The notes under the pieces are model-generated. The model made no database searches. It was not told the origin of the DNA and was given only the letters and a program-made list of their open reading frames with translations. Made by a program: the position numbers and the translations under genes. A DNA stretch of 64,000 nucleotides, taken from positions 672,001-736,000 of the forward strand of contig OY762007.1 of the NCBI GenBank assembly GCA_963665115.1, written 5' to 3'. Below, in pieces: positions 32,759-42,234 of this stretch; position 1 is the stretch's first letter; every line of letters starts with the position of its first letter. Origin of the DNA: an uncultured Rivularia sp. Lineage in GTDB: Bacteria > Cyanobacteriota > Cyanobacteriia > Cyanobacteriales > Nostocaceae.

Positions 32759-33757
32759 TCAACTTGCAATAAAACTTTTGACTTTCATTTTTTTGCGACG
32801 CAAGCGAGCGATTGCTTGACGCTGTAGCTGTCGGACTCTGGTATGGGAAATATCCATACGTTTTGCGACTTCTGTTAATGTTAATTCACGTCCGTCGCTC
32901 AAGCCAAAGTGTAAGTTAACAACTTGTCGCTGTTGGGGTGTTAATTCTACAAGCATTTCGTCAAGACATTCTTTGAGTGATTGACTGTTGACGTAATCGT
33001 CTATGGAAGAACTTGTATCTTCGAGTAAGTCTTGCAGTTCGGTATCTTGTCCTTCACCAACTCGTAAATCCAAGGATACGGGTTGACGGGACATATGTAG
33101 ATAATCTTGTATTTGCGACGGTTTCAAAGATACTTGAGAACCAATTTCCGCCATCGTCGGCGTGCGTCCTAATTCTTGGGTTAAATCCCGACGGGCTTTC
33201 TTAATTTTTTTCAGGGTTTGACATACGTGAATTGGTAGACGAATGGAACGACTTTTTTGGTCTAAAGCTCGCGTAATTGCCTGTCTAATCCACCAATAAG
33301 CGTAGGTAGAAAATTTGTATCCTTTATCTGGATCGAACTTTTCTACTCCTCTTTGTAAACCCAAAGTTCCTTCTTGAATTAAATCGACAAACTCCAAATT
33401 ACGATGCTGGTATTTCTTGGCGATCGCCACAACTAAACGTAAGTTGGCTTCGATCATTTTTTGTCGGGACATCTCTCCTTTGTCAAGGGTTTCTTGCAGT
33501 TGAGATTCTGACATTTGTGCTGCCGAAGCCCATGTGGAAAGACTTGGTTCCGAGTCAAATTTTTCTGTTAAATCTTCTTTAATTTGCAGCAATTGAGTTA
33601 ACTGCTTAACTAGTTGGGAATGAAATATTTCTTCTTCACGAGTTAATAATGGTACGCGCCCAATTTGAACTAAAAAAGACCGGACGGTATCTGTATTTAG
33701 TCTTTGAGCGGCGGATGCGCTATTTTTTTGTCCCCTATCAACAATTGCTGGTTGCAT
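32759..33757 (-). CDS. Group 2 (RpoD-family) RNA polymerase sigma factor
   Basis: IGRVPLLTREEE, EANLRLVVAIAKKY, DLIQEG, GYKFSTYAYWWIRQAITRA, region-4 HTH. Confidence 0.92.
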   Translation of the reverse strand: MQPAIVDRGQKNSASAAQRLNTDTVRSFLVQIGRVPLLTREEEIFHSQLVKQLTQLLQIKEDLTEKFDSEPSLSTWASAAQMSESQLQETLDKGEMSRQKMIEANLRLVVAIAKKYQHRNLEFVDLIQEGTLGLQRGVEKFDPDKGYKFSTYAYWWIRQAITRALDQKSRSIRLPIHVCQTLKKIKKARRDLTQELGRTPTMAEIGSQVSLKPSQIQDYLHMSRQPVSLDLRVGEGQDTELQDLLEDTSSSIDDYVNSQSLKECLDEMLVELTPQQRQVVNLHFGLSDGRELTLTEVAKRMDISHTRVRQLQRQAIARLRRKKMKVKSFIAS

Positions 33758-34005
33758 ATTAATCAAAAACTCCTGAAAGCTTTAACTTTATATTGGTTAC
33801 GTTCACCGTATGCGTTGAAAAATCAAACTTTTATTGTTTTATTTACCACAGCCTTAGCATCTATTTGAGATGTTCGGCAACACAAGACAACAGTTTTCAA
33901 AAGCGTGTTAATGTGGGATTCATCGCCCCAATTGAAGGGAAGAAATTTGAATTTACCACATAAATATTATCTAGATCGTGGGTAACACAATTCAAATCGA
34001 GGACG

Positions 34006-34437
34006 TTAACTGTTGAGTAACTTCCCGTCTCGACAAGTTCCTCCCTGATGATTCATAACTTTTAATGAGATGGGTATCCCGACAATTATTGGGAACCTAA
34101 CTTTTCGGAGGACTTTTTCAAATTGATGTCGCAAGCGACGAAGAGCTTTTTGGTTGTTTGGACGATAATAAACTTTTATTTGTTTGTTTTTTGCTATTTC
34201 GACACGATTTTCAACATTCGCGAAGTCCTCACTTGGCATCCACCAATCTACAGAACGATTGGCAAAAACTTTTAATAAGCTGTTAAGAACCCATCGAGGA
34301 AAATCTGGTCGCATCATCTCCCATTTGTGCTTACCCATTAGGCGAACGCGATCTGATGGTTTTGCATCTTCTGGTAAACCGAAATAAAAATCGTTGATTG
34401 CTAATACTGTAATTATTATCTCGTAATATTTTTGCAT
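34006..34437 (-). CDS. Hypothetical protein
   Basis: 143-aa ATG ORF co-oriented with its neighbours; no motif recognised. Confidence 0.45.
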   Translation of the reverse strand: MQKYYEIIITVLAINDFYFGLPEDAKPSDRVRLMGKHKWEMMRPDFPRWVLNSLLKVFANRSVDWWMPSEDFANVENRVEIAKNKQIKVYYRPNNQKALRRLRHQFEKVLRKVRFPIIVGIPISLKVMNHQGGTCRDGKLLNS

Positions 34438-34940
34438 TAATAGTGATTAATTATTAGATGTTTTTTACTTATTTTGGTTCGAGAAAAGTATTTCGTTCTA
34501 TACTTGGTAAAGTAAGAGGAAAAATCTATTCAATTTTTAGATAGGTAAAGAAGAAAAGATAAAGCATAAAGTATTTCTATACTTCATACTCAAAATTTTT
34601 ATTCATGAATATGACTTACGACAAACCTCTATTACTAGACTTAGTATTTAAAGCTTTCAAATCCTCTTCAATCTCTCATAAATAATCTGATAGTTTGAAA
34701 GATAGGGTACAAAATATGAATATTTTTTCCTACTTCATACCTTATCTTTCATAACTTTTAAGCATTTACCTTTTGCTTAGATCAAACTCAATTTTTATCA
34801 TCTTCACATTGCTCGTGAACTGCATTCCAAGCAGCTTATTATGCCTTACTTTCATGCTTTAATTCATTTTGATTCCCCTGTCTTAAATGCAATTCACGAG
34901 TATGAATGTGAGAATGAAGTTTGCTTATAATTAACTACTT

Positions 34941-35474
34941 CTAGTTAACGCCCGCAGCAGTTTTTGCAGGTCCTTGACCATCTGCTTGTAAGGATTCTCC
35001 TTCAATAAAGGAGCGCAACATCCAAGCCATTTCTTCATGTCCTTCCATTAATCCGGTAAGGAAATCAGCGGTTCCTTCATCATGAAACTTATCACCACAA
35101 GCATCGATATGCCCGCGCAAGTTGCGGATAACTTGTTCGTGGTCATCTACCAAACTAGATACCATTTGAGTTGCTAAAGGTAGATTTGCTGGATTCTCTT
35201 TCAAAGATGCTAGCTTGAGAAATCCTTCCATAGTACCTACAGGGAAACCACCCAAAGCACGAACGCGCTCGGCGATGGAGTCAATGCTCATGGTCAAAGT
35301 TTGATAGTGTTCTTCCCACAGAGTATGCAAGCTGCGGAACTGAGGTCCGACTACATCCCAATGGTACTTTTTAGTTTTAACTAATAGTAAGTAAGCGTCT
35401 GCTAGATCGTTGTTTAGGAGGTTGCAAACACCTTTACGTTGTTCTTCTGTCAGACCAATATTAATACTACGCAT
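34941..35474 (-). CDS. dps: Dps family ferritin-like DNA-protection protein
   Basis: KTKKYHWDVVGPQFRSLH, DSIAERVRALG, DEGTADFL, HEEMAWML. Confidence 0.93.
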   Translation of the reverse strand: MRSINIGLTEEQRKGVCNLLNNDLADAYLLLVKTKKYHWDVVGPQFRSLHTLWEEHYQTLTMSIDSIAERVRALGGFPVGTMEGFLKLASLKENPANLPLATQMVSSLVDDHEQVIRNLRGHIDACGDKFHDEGTADFLTGLMEGHEEMAWMLRSFIEGESLQADGQGPAKTAAGVN

Positions 35475-35856
35475 AATTTTTCTCTCTTATTCAACTCTCT
35501 CTCAATTTGAACATATTCACTTTACTGAAAAATCAATCGCAAGTGGGAATGTTGGGTTAGATTTTGAAGATATATACCTAATTCTTTTTATGTAGTGTAA
35601 TTAGAAAAATTATCAATATTTGATGATGAATCATATTGCGTCTTATACTAGTAACAATATGTAGTATCCTAAATCTAATACTGATAGTTGATATTCTGTT
35701 AGAGGTAGCATAAAGCTTGGGCAATACTGCTAAATAAATATGTAGATTAAATTTATGGAGAGCGTTTTAACTAAAGAAATATTGTGCCTCCTCCATTCAA
35801 ACCTATGAGAATATAAGTCTCAATAGAGGAAGCTTATTCAAACCGTTTTTTAAACT

Positions 35857-36057
35857 CTAAAGCGAAGGAGTAACTTCGTTATCCCCTTCTTCTTTATCCT
35901 TGCTCATTTTGCCAGTTTTATATTGTTGAGCCGCTTCGTAATCTTTGTCAACATCAACATTCGTAGCCTTTTCTTGCTCTTCGCTTATAGCTTCCTTGGT
36001 TAAATCAGCTTCCTGATTGGGTTCACTATTAGTCTTAGCAACTTTTTCTTCAGCCAT
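35857..36057 (-). CDS. Small acidic hydrophilic hypothetical protein
   Basis: MAEEKVAK...VDVDKDYEAAQQY; GGTG RBS-like sequence upstream. Confidence 0.6.
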   Translation of the reverse strand: MAEEKVAKTNSEPNQEADLTKEAISEEQEKATNVDVDKDYEAAQQYKTGKMSKDKEEGDNEVTPSL

Positions 36058-36293
36058 TTTAAACACCCTATATTATCGAATTTTAATCTGCAAACTTTAT
36101 GCTACAAAAAATACCGATATTTTATAACTGTTCTTACGGTGTAATTACAATTTATATCTATGGACTGATTGAATATTAAGGCTTTAATGATATGGCGGGA
36201 AATAGAGAGCGGGGAAGAATCAAAATCAAACGATAAATTCCGTATTGGAGCGCTCTATAATTACCTATCTCTCTTTCCTCTGCGCTCTCTGCG

Positions 36294-36336
36294 CGGCAGT
36301 TGCTATAACGGGGGGAACCCCCGCAACGCACTGCCT
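36294..36336. repeat. Short dispersed palindromic repeat
   Basis: GGCAGTTGCTATAACGGGGGAACCCCCGCAACGCACTGCC hairpin. Confidence 0.6.
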
Positions 36337-36417
36337 TGTCTAGTAAAGTTTTTTTTAATCGGTGGTTTTCTATCGGGAAGGGAGTAATTCCTTCTGATGC
36401 TCCTGTTTTTGAGAATA

Positions 36418-36543
36418 GTGCCCAACCACGATAATTCTGCGGGGTTGCAGGAGTGCGAGCCGGAAAGCTCGCTGGTTGTCACGAGGGAGCGAGACGCTCC
36501 CACTACATTTTGATTACCCCGCAAAACTAATGTGGTGGAGTAG
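36418..36543. mobile_element. 126-bp IS630-derived MITE (left copy)
   Basis: TA-flanked; ends resemble the IS630 IRs; identical to 37858-37983 except one base. Confidence 0.85.
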
Positions 36544-36545
36544 TA

Positions 36546-37855
36546 GTATTCCACCACATTAATTTTGCGGGGTACACGACTGTGCGATCGCCTCACTATT
36601 TATTGACTGTGAATTATTTTCACAGCTATCATCTACAATTTCAATTTTTGGATATAGTTTATTCAATTTAACGCGGGCATTATCAGTTGTAAACTGCCAC
36701 TCTACAGTTGCTTTTTCTTGATTTCTTACTTCTTCCCAAGCAGCAATTTCTTCAAAGATAATTTCTTGATTTGGAATGCGACGATTTAAGCATTGACGTG
36801 AAAGAATTGATAATTCAATTTCTGCCATATTTAACCAACTGCCATGCTTCGGTGTATAGTGAAATTCCAATTTATTTAGAATTCTTTTTGCTTCTTCGGG
36901 GGCAAATGCTTTATATAAAGATGCTGGGCTATGAGTATTTAAGTTGTCCATAACAACTGTTATTAACTCAGAATTTGAATAATAAATGTCAACTAAATCC
37001 TTCATGCAGTGAGCAAAATCTATAGCTGTTCTGCGGTCTGTGACTTCAACGTGTCGCCAACCGATGCGAGGTTCTAAAAATACGAATAAATTACAATTTC
37101 CCATACGTTCGTATTCATAATCGACACGTCTTTTTTGCTTTGGTTTAACTGGTATCGGGACTTTAGTATTACTGAGTAATTGTGTTGGGCGCTCGTCAAA
37201 ACATATGATTGGGCGTTTTGGGTTTGAACTTCGAGCGTATACATCTAAAACATCTTCCATCCGCCACACATATTCTGCACTAACTGTGGGAATACACCAT
37301 TGTTCGACTAACCACGGTTTTAAGTCGTTTTTTTTAGAGTTCGACGTACAGTTTCATCACTAATATTATCGACAACTGATAGTTGTACCAACTTGTTAGC
37401 TAGTAATTGCATTGTCCAATTACTTCGTCCTTCAGGTGGGTTACTACAAGCGGTTGCAATTAAAAATGCTTCATGTGAACCAATTAGTTTTTTTGGTTTA
37501 CCTGGTCGTGGTTTCTCGTTCAGTGCCTCTGCCAACCCTGATTGCACAAATTTTTTACGAGTTCGTTCTATTGTATCTACGCTTATTTTTAACGCTGTTG
37601 CTATTTCAACATCAGAATACCCACTTTCTGACATCAATAGAACCTGTATACGTTTGTATTTTCTTGCCGAAATTTTTCCTTTCTTACTCTGTTGCTCTAA
37701 TTGCTCTCTTTCTGAGATATTTAAGTTAATGATGTACTTCTTGGACATAACGAGTAGATGCAGACAATTTCGCTATAGATGCTTTAAAATATAGCTTACT
37801 ACTTTTAGGGCGATCGCACAGCCGTGTACCCCGCAAAATTAATGTGGTGAAGTAG
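36546..37855 (-). mobile_element. IS630-family insertion sequence (1310 bp)
   Basis: ~45-bp terminal IRs (CACCACATTAATTTTGCGGGGTACACG.CTGTGCGATCGCC), TA on both sides, split transposase inside. Confidence 0.92.
36559..37748 (-). CDS. IS630 transposase in two frames (HTH ORF 37320-37748 + DDE ORF), joined by a -1 shift at an A8 run
   Basis: CTAAAAAAAACGACTTAAAACCGTGG reads LKKNDLKPW after a -1 shift; DDE motifs CFDE, VMDNLNTH, HGSWLNMAEIE. Confidence 0.9.
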
Positions 37856-37857
37856 TA

Positions 37858-37983
37858 GTGCCCAACCACGATAATTCTGCGGGGTTGCAGGAGTGCGAGC
37901 CGGAAAGCTCGCTGGTTGTCACGAGGGAGCGAGACGCTCCCACTACATTTTGATTGCCCCGCAAAACTAATGTGGTGGAGTAG
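37858..37983. mobile_element. 126-bp IS630-derived MITE (right copy)
   Basis: Direct repeat of 36418-36543 at offset 1440. Confidence 0.85.
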
Positions 37984-38149
37984 TAGTGCAAGATTTAAAT
38001 ATTTCACCAGCAACTTTGTGCAACATACTCTCTCCCAATAAAAATTTTGGTCAAGGTAGATATCTACACTTGACCAAAATTTTCTTTTATATAAGAAATA
38101 TAGGGGAAATTAAATTATCCTCTATATATCAAAGCATTGGGGTAAATTA

Positions 38150-38513
38150 CTACTTATCGCCTGTAATCTTTTCGAGGAAACCTTCTACCTTCTCTTCTAC
38201 AGTTACAGCCCCTTGGCTGTTGGAAAGGACGGTTCATGTTTTCAGCGTTAGCAGCGCCTTGAACTTCATTCAATCCTTTGTTGGATTTGTCGATCACTCT
38301 CTTGTTTGAAGGAGCGTTATTTTCAGTTAATTCTTGAGTATTTTGTTGAATCTCATTTAACTGCTCTGCTCCTTTATTAGGAGAACTTTTTGAAGCGCCA
38401 ATTGCAGCAGCAGGAAGCGCGGTGGACAATAACAGCATTACGCACATTAATGCTGCAAACACAAAACGAAGTGGACGTAGGTTAGATGCTAGTTTAGAAC
38501 GAACAAAATTCAC
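38150..38513 (-). CDS. Secreted low-complexity stress (LEA/low-temperature-induced-like) protein; one extra base near 38225
   Basis: GTG start after GGAGG; signal-like TM; GLNEVQGAANAENMNRP; removing one base gives ...SNSQGAVTVEEKVEGFLEKITGDK*. Confidence 0.65.
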
Positions 38514-38913
38514 TGTCTTTCCTCCAAGGATACGGATTTTTATTATTTGGGAGAACCAAACCATTGTTGTTTAATTCAATATTAGAAACGGTACTGCTAA
38601 AACAATTAAGGAAAAACATTAAACTTAATTTTTCCCTAAAATTCAAGCTTTGATATTGAGTTATATCGAACTAGCTTCAATTCTTTTTAACTATTACAGA
38701 AGGTAAAGCATTTAGCATTCAGATAAACATTCAATAATCAACATTTTTTGATAGCTGTACCGCTCCTAAATTCAACTCGTTTACTTAACCTTTAAATAAT
38801 TCGAGCCGTCTTATTTATCAACAAACTCGCTTGGTTTTCGGTGTTTTTTAACCTTTTTCAACTATATCAGAGAACTAGTCTTAAGTTAGCTAATGAATAG
38901 TATCCCGTTACTT

Positions 38914-39333
38914 TTAGTTACCAAAAAAATCTTTTATCGCATCAATAGCGTTTTCGCTTCCTTCTTCTACTTTATCGGAAGCATTGTCAGCAGCGGATTT
39001 AGTTTTTTCAATTCCTTGTTTAACATTACCTTTCGCTTGCTTGGCTAAACCTTGCACTTCTTTTCCCGATCCATCTAATGCTTGTCCGGGAGAATTTCCT
39101 AAGTTACGTTGGGCTTTTCCTATTGCTTGTTCTACATTGCCTTCAACTTTATCGCCAACTCCTGAGAGAGGATTAGCTGCAATTAATTGTTGTGAATAGC
39201 TATGTATTGGAGACGCAACTGCTGCTTGTGCTGCACCAAACCATACAGTAGTTAGCAGTAAAACACAGCTAAAAACTGATAGGCAGTAATGTTTTACTAT
39301 TTGCATTTTATTTTTACTATTATCGGATTTCAT
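38914..39333 (-). CDS. CsbD/LEA-like stress protein with signal peptide
   Basis: DKVEGNVEQAIGKAQ...GKEVQGLAKQAKGNVKQG...IDAIKDFFG. Confidence 0.7.
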   Translation of the reverse strand: MKSDNSKNKMQIVKHYCLSVFSCVLLLTTVWFGAAQAAVASPIHSYSQQLIAANPLSGVGDKVEGNVEQAIGKAQRNLGNSPGQALDGSGKEVQGLAKQAKGNVKQGIEKTKSAADNASDKVEEGSENAIDAIKDFFGN

Positions 39334-39820
39334 CGTCAGATATTTTCCCTATTCACTTTTCCTTTACAGTTGTAATACAAAAAAGTCAATCGTTTCATCA
39401 ATCTTCCGAGCAAAATTGATAATTAATTAATTGTGATAATACCACTCCTCGGATAGTCTTCTTTACAGGTGTTTATCATACTTTTGATAGAAGATTTTTG
39501 TTCTTGTCATTAAATACAAGTCAGACAAGACTTTCGATGACCGTCACCATAACTTTAAGTTTTATTTTTAAAAGTAAAGAAAAATAAAGTTAGATATAGT
39601 TGTTTGCCTTCTTATTACAATTTGGAAGTTATAAAACTACGCAATTAATTATATTTTTGGTTTATAAAAAGCTAAGTAGTTAAGCCAAATTATTTATATA
39701 ATTACTACTCAGTTACATAACCGTTTCCTGTTCCCTATCAAATTAACCGGGAACGTGAGAACCCCTACCTTTTAAGGAGGGGATGAAACGCGACGCGACG
39801 GGTTTTAACCCGGTGTTTCT

Positions 39821-40234
39821 TTATTTCCCACGTTGATTTTCAATATACTTTTTAACTACCTCAGTGCTGAGTTGACCTGTTGAAGCTACAAAATAGGTTG
39901 GTGTCCACAAAGACGGTAGTTTTTTTAGTTGCGGAAACTCTTTTCTAAGATGATGGGATGCTCGACCTTTTACCCATCTAGCAATATCTGCGGGTGATTC
40001 GTGGGTAGGTGTATTTAAAAATAAGTGAACATGGTCAGGCATAACTTCCAAAGCAATTAATTTCCAGCCATGCTCTGTCGTTAACTCAAAAATAATATCT
40101 TGCAACCGTTTAACTACATCTTTCACCAACACGGGTTTACGGCGTTTCGGGACAAAGACAAAATGATAATTTATTGATGACACAGAATTTTCAGTACGTC
40201 TGTACTCGTAATCTTTTTCTGAAAGTTTAGCCAT
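39821..40234 (-). CDS. tnpA: IS200-family Y1 HUH transposase TnpA
   Basis: YHFVFVPKRRK, MPDHVHL (HUH), LWTPTYFVAS, KKYIENQ. Confidence 0.95.
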   Translation of the reverse strand: MAKLSEKDYEYRRTENSVSSINYHFVFVPKRRKPVLVKDVVKRLQDIIFELTTEHGWKLIALEVMPDHVHLFLNTPTHESPADIARWVKGRASHHLRKEFPQLKKLPSLWTPTYFVASTGQLSTEVVKKYIENQRGK

Positions 40235-40303
40235 AATTTTACGGTATACTGTTGTTAGAATACGTAGTAGCAACAATAATAAAAAATAGGAAGTGATGAC
40301 AAA

Positions 40304-41740
40304 TTGTACAGAACAATACCGCTAAAAGCGAAGTTTACAGATGAAGAAAAAGCATTTTGGGTTGACCAATGCGAACACGCCAACAGTCTTATTAACTCGG
40401 CAGTGTACGAAACACGTCAACGACATTATGCGATACTGCAAAACAATGAGGATGCGTTTTGTGTTTATTGGCGTGGCGATGAACTGCGTTACGGGTGGAA
40501 AACTTATCGGTGCAATACAGCTTACCCGGAGTTAGATAAAATACTCAAAAACAATCCTCATTACAAGGCAATGGCTGCACAATCAGCACAGCAAACCTTG
40601 AAGTCTGTGGGCGAGTCAATAACCAGTTACAACGGGTTGGTTAAAGCTTATTATCGTGGTGAAGTTGATAGCGCAAAGTCGGCGGGGTCGGTTTCTGTCC
40701 CGTCGAACTTTGTAAGAAGACCATCACTCCCTAAATACAGAAAAAGTGGTGGTTTGGCTGCGGTTACATTTCCCCGTCAGGCTCTCACTTGGAAAAACGG
40801 TTGTTTTTACCCGTCAATCAGCAAAGAAACGAAGCCACATTTATTAACAGAAATAACCCTACAATTACCCGATTTTATTGATTTTGATTGGGTCAAAGAA
40901 GTAACGGTTCGTCCTTCAAAAGGCGAATTGTGGATTGATTGGGTTATTGATGATGGAAAACACCCGATAGATGTTAACCCCAATCTTGATTACACACAAG
41001 CATGGAGTTTTGACCACGGCAGTACAAATTGGTTAACTGGAGTTTCAACTCGTGGCAAAAGCTTAATTATAGATGGTCGAAAACTTAAAGCGATGAATCA
41101 AGGTTATTGTCGTTTAGTTGCCAAATATAAGCAGGGCAAACCTGATTTATACTGGGATTCTAATCTTGATCGTGTACAACGCAAACGCAACAACCAAATG
41201 CGTGATGCTGTTAACAAAGCAGCAAGATTCATTATTAATCAGTGCCTTAACGATGGAGTTGGTAATCTGATTATTGGCTGGAATGATGAACAGAAAAATG
41301 GTTCCAACATGGGTAAACGCGGTAATCAAAATTTTGTTGCTATCCCTACAAAACGGTTGATTAACCGACTAAAACAACTTTGCCCAGAATACGGAATACA
41401 ATTAACAATTACCGAAGAGGCATATACTTCAAAAGCGTCTTTTCTTGATGGTGATTCTCTACCGAAACACGGTGAAAAACCCGTAAGTTGGAAAGCATCA
41501 GGTAATCGAGTAAAACGCGGAATGTATAAAAGTCGTGATGGGTACATCATCAATGCAGATTGTAATGGTGCGGCTAACATCATGAGAAAAGTAGCCACAC
41601 AGCTAGAATTGAATCTAGCCGAGGTGGGTAGGGCATCTTTGACTGTGCCACAACGGTATGACTTGTTTGCGCGATTAAATAAATCATATCGTAAACGTTG
41701 CTCCGCTCGGATTTTATCCGGCGTAGCAACATCAGTTTAG
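40304..41740 (+). CDS. tnpB: TnpB RNA-guided endonuclease family protein
   Basis: AQSAQQTL, PSLPKYRK, RuvC-I SFDHG, TEEAYTSK, RuvC-III NADCNGAANIM. Confidence 0.93.
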   Translation: MYRTIPLKAKFTDEEKAFWVDQCEHANSLINSAVYETRQRHYAILQNNEDAFCVYWRGDELRYGWKTYRCNTAYPELDKILKNNPHYKAMAAQSAQQTLKSVGESITSYNGLVKAYYRGEVDSAKSAGSVSVPSNFVRRPSLPKYRKSGGLAAVTFPRQALTWKNGCFYPSISKETKPHLLTEITLQLPDFIDFDWVKEVTVRPSKGELWIDWVIDDGKHPIDVNPNLDYTQAWSFDHGSTNWLTGVSTRGKSLIIDGRKLKAMNQGYCRLVAKYKQGKPDLYWDSNLDRVQRKRNNQMRDAVNKAARFIINQCLNDGVGNLIIGWNDEQKNGSNMGKRGNQNFVAIPTKRLINRLKQLCPEYGIQLTITEEAYTSKASFLDGDSLPKHGEKPVSWKASGNRVKRGMYKSRDGYIINADCNGAANIMRKVATQLELNLAEVGRASLTVPQRYDLFARLNKSYRKRCSARILSGVATSV

Positions 41741-41966
41741 AATCCCTCGCGCTTCTAGCCGAGGGAGAAGTCAACAAGACAAAATATCCAATTAATTTTA
41801 CACGGTTACTTATATAAACACCCTTGATGATAAACCGGGTTTGTTGGCGATCGCTACATTTTTCTGTTCTTATCAACTAGGGCTTACGCAACTAATATAT
41901 TGTCGTTGCCAGTTTCTTGGAGATTCACCTCACTTCACAGCAGGATTTGAACCGCTTGCAACCATA

Positions 41967-41995
41967 TTGACATTTAAGTAGTTCACGTGTACTAT
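41967..41995 (+). promoter_or_regulatory. Sigma70-type promoter overlapped by a LexA-box-like site (41980-41993)
   Basis: TTGACA-17 bp-TACTAT; AGTTCACGTGTACT has one mismatch to RGTACNNNDGTWCB. Confidence 0.5.
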
Positions 41996-42234
41996 ATAGG
42001 TATGGGGAAACTATAGCAAGCATTCAGCACCTTCAATCAAACTCACATCTTGCACCAGTTTCAGAAACCGGGTTTCTTTTCGTAAAAACATGAATATTTC
42101 GTTGTTCAATCAGCAAGAAACCAGGTTTATTTGAGCTTATTAAGAATAGTGCAATAGATCGTTGTGATGGATTGTTGAGAATTTTGGACTTTTTATAAAG
42201 CTTTAAATTACAAATAATCAAGGTAAGTATCAAG

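Larger units (their letters stand above)
39740..41774. mobile_element. IS200/IS605-family element (divergent tnpA + tnpB)
   Basis: Subterminal hairpins CCCCT.CCTT/AAGGAGGGG (left) and TCCCTCG...CGAGGGA followed by GAAGTCAA (right); left boundary approximate. Confidence 0.85.

Noticed and set aside
37320..37340. IS630 frame break as another sequencing error
   Set aside because: It is a -1 shift at an A8 run in the LKKN.LKPW position typical of programmed frameshifting in IS630 elements, unlike the six +1 insertions
36303..38013. ORFs 36303-36596 and 37726-38013 flanking the IS630
   Set aside because: They read through the MITE copies and are not independent genes
41936..41960. CAGGATTTGAACC resembling the reverse complement of a tRNA T-arm
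   Set aside because: No acceptor, D or anticodon stems could be built around it
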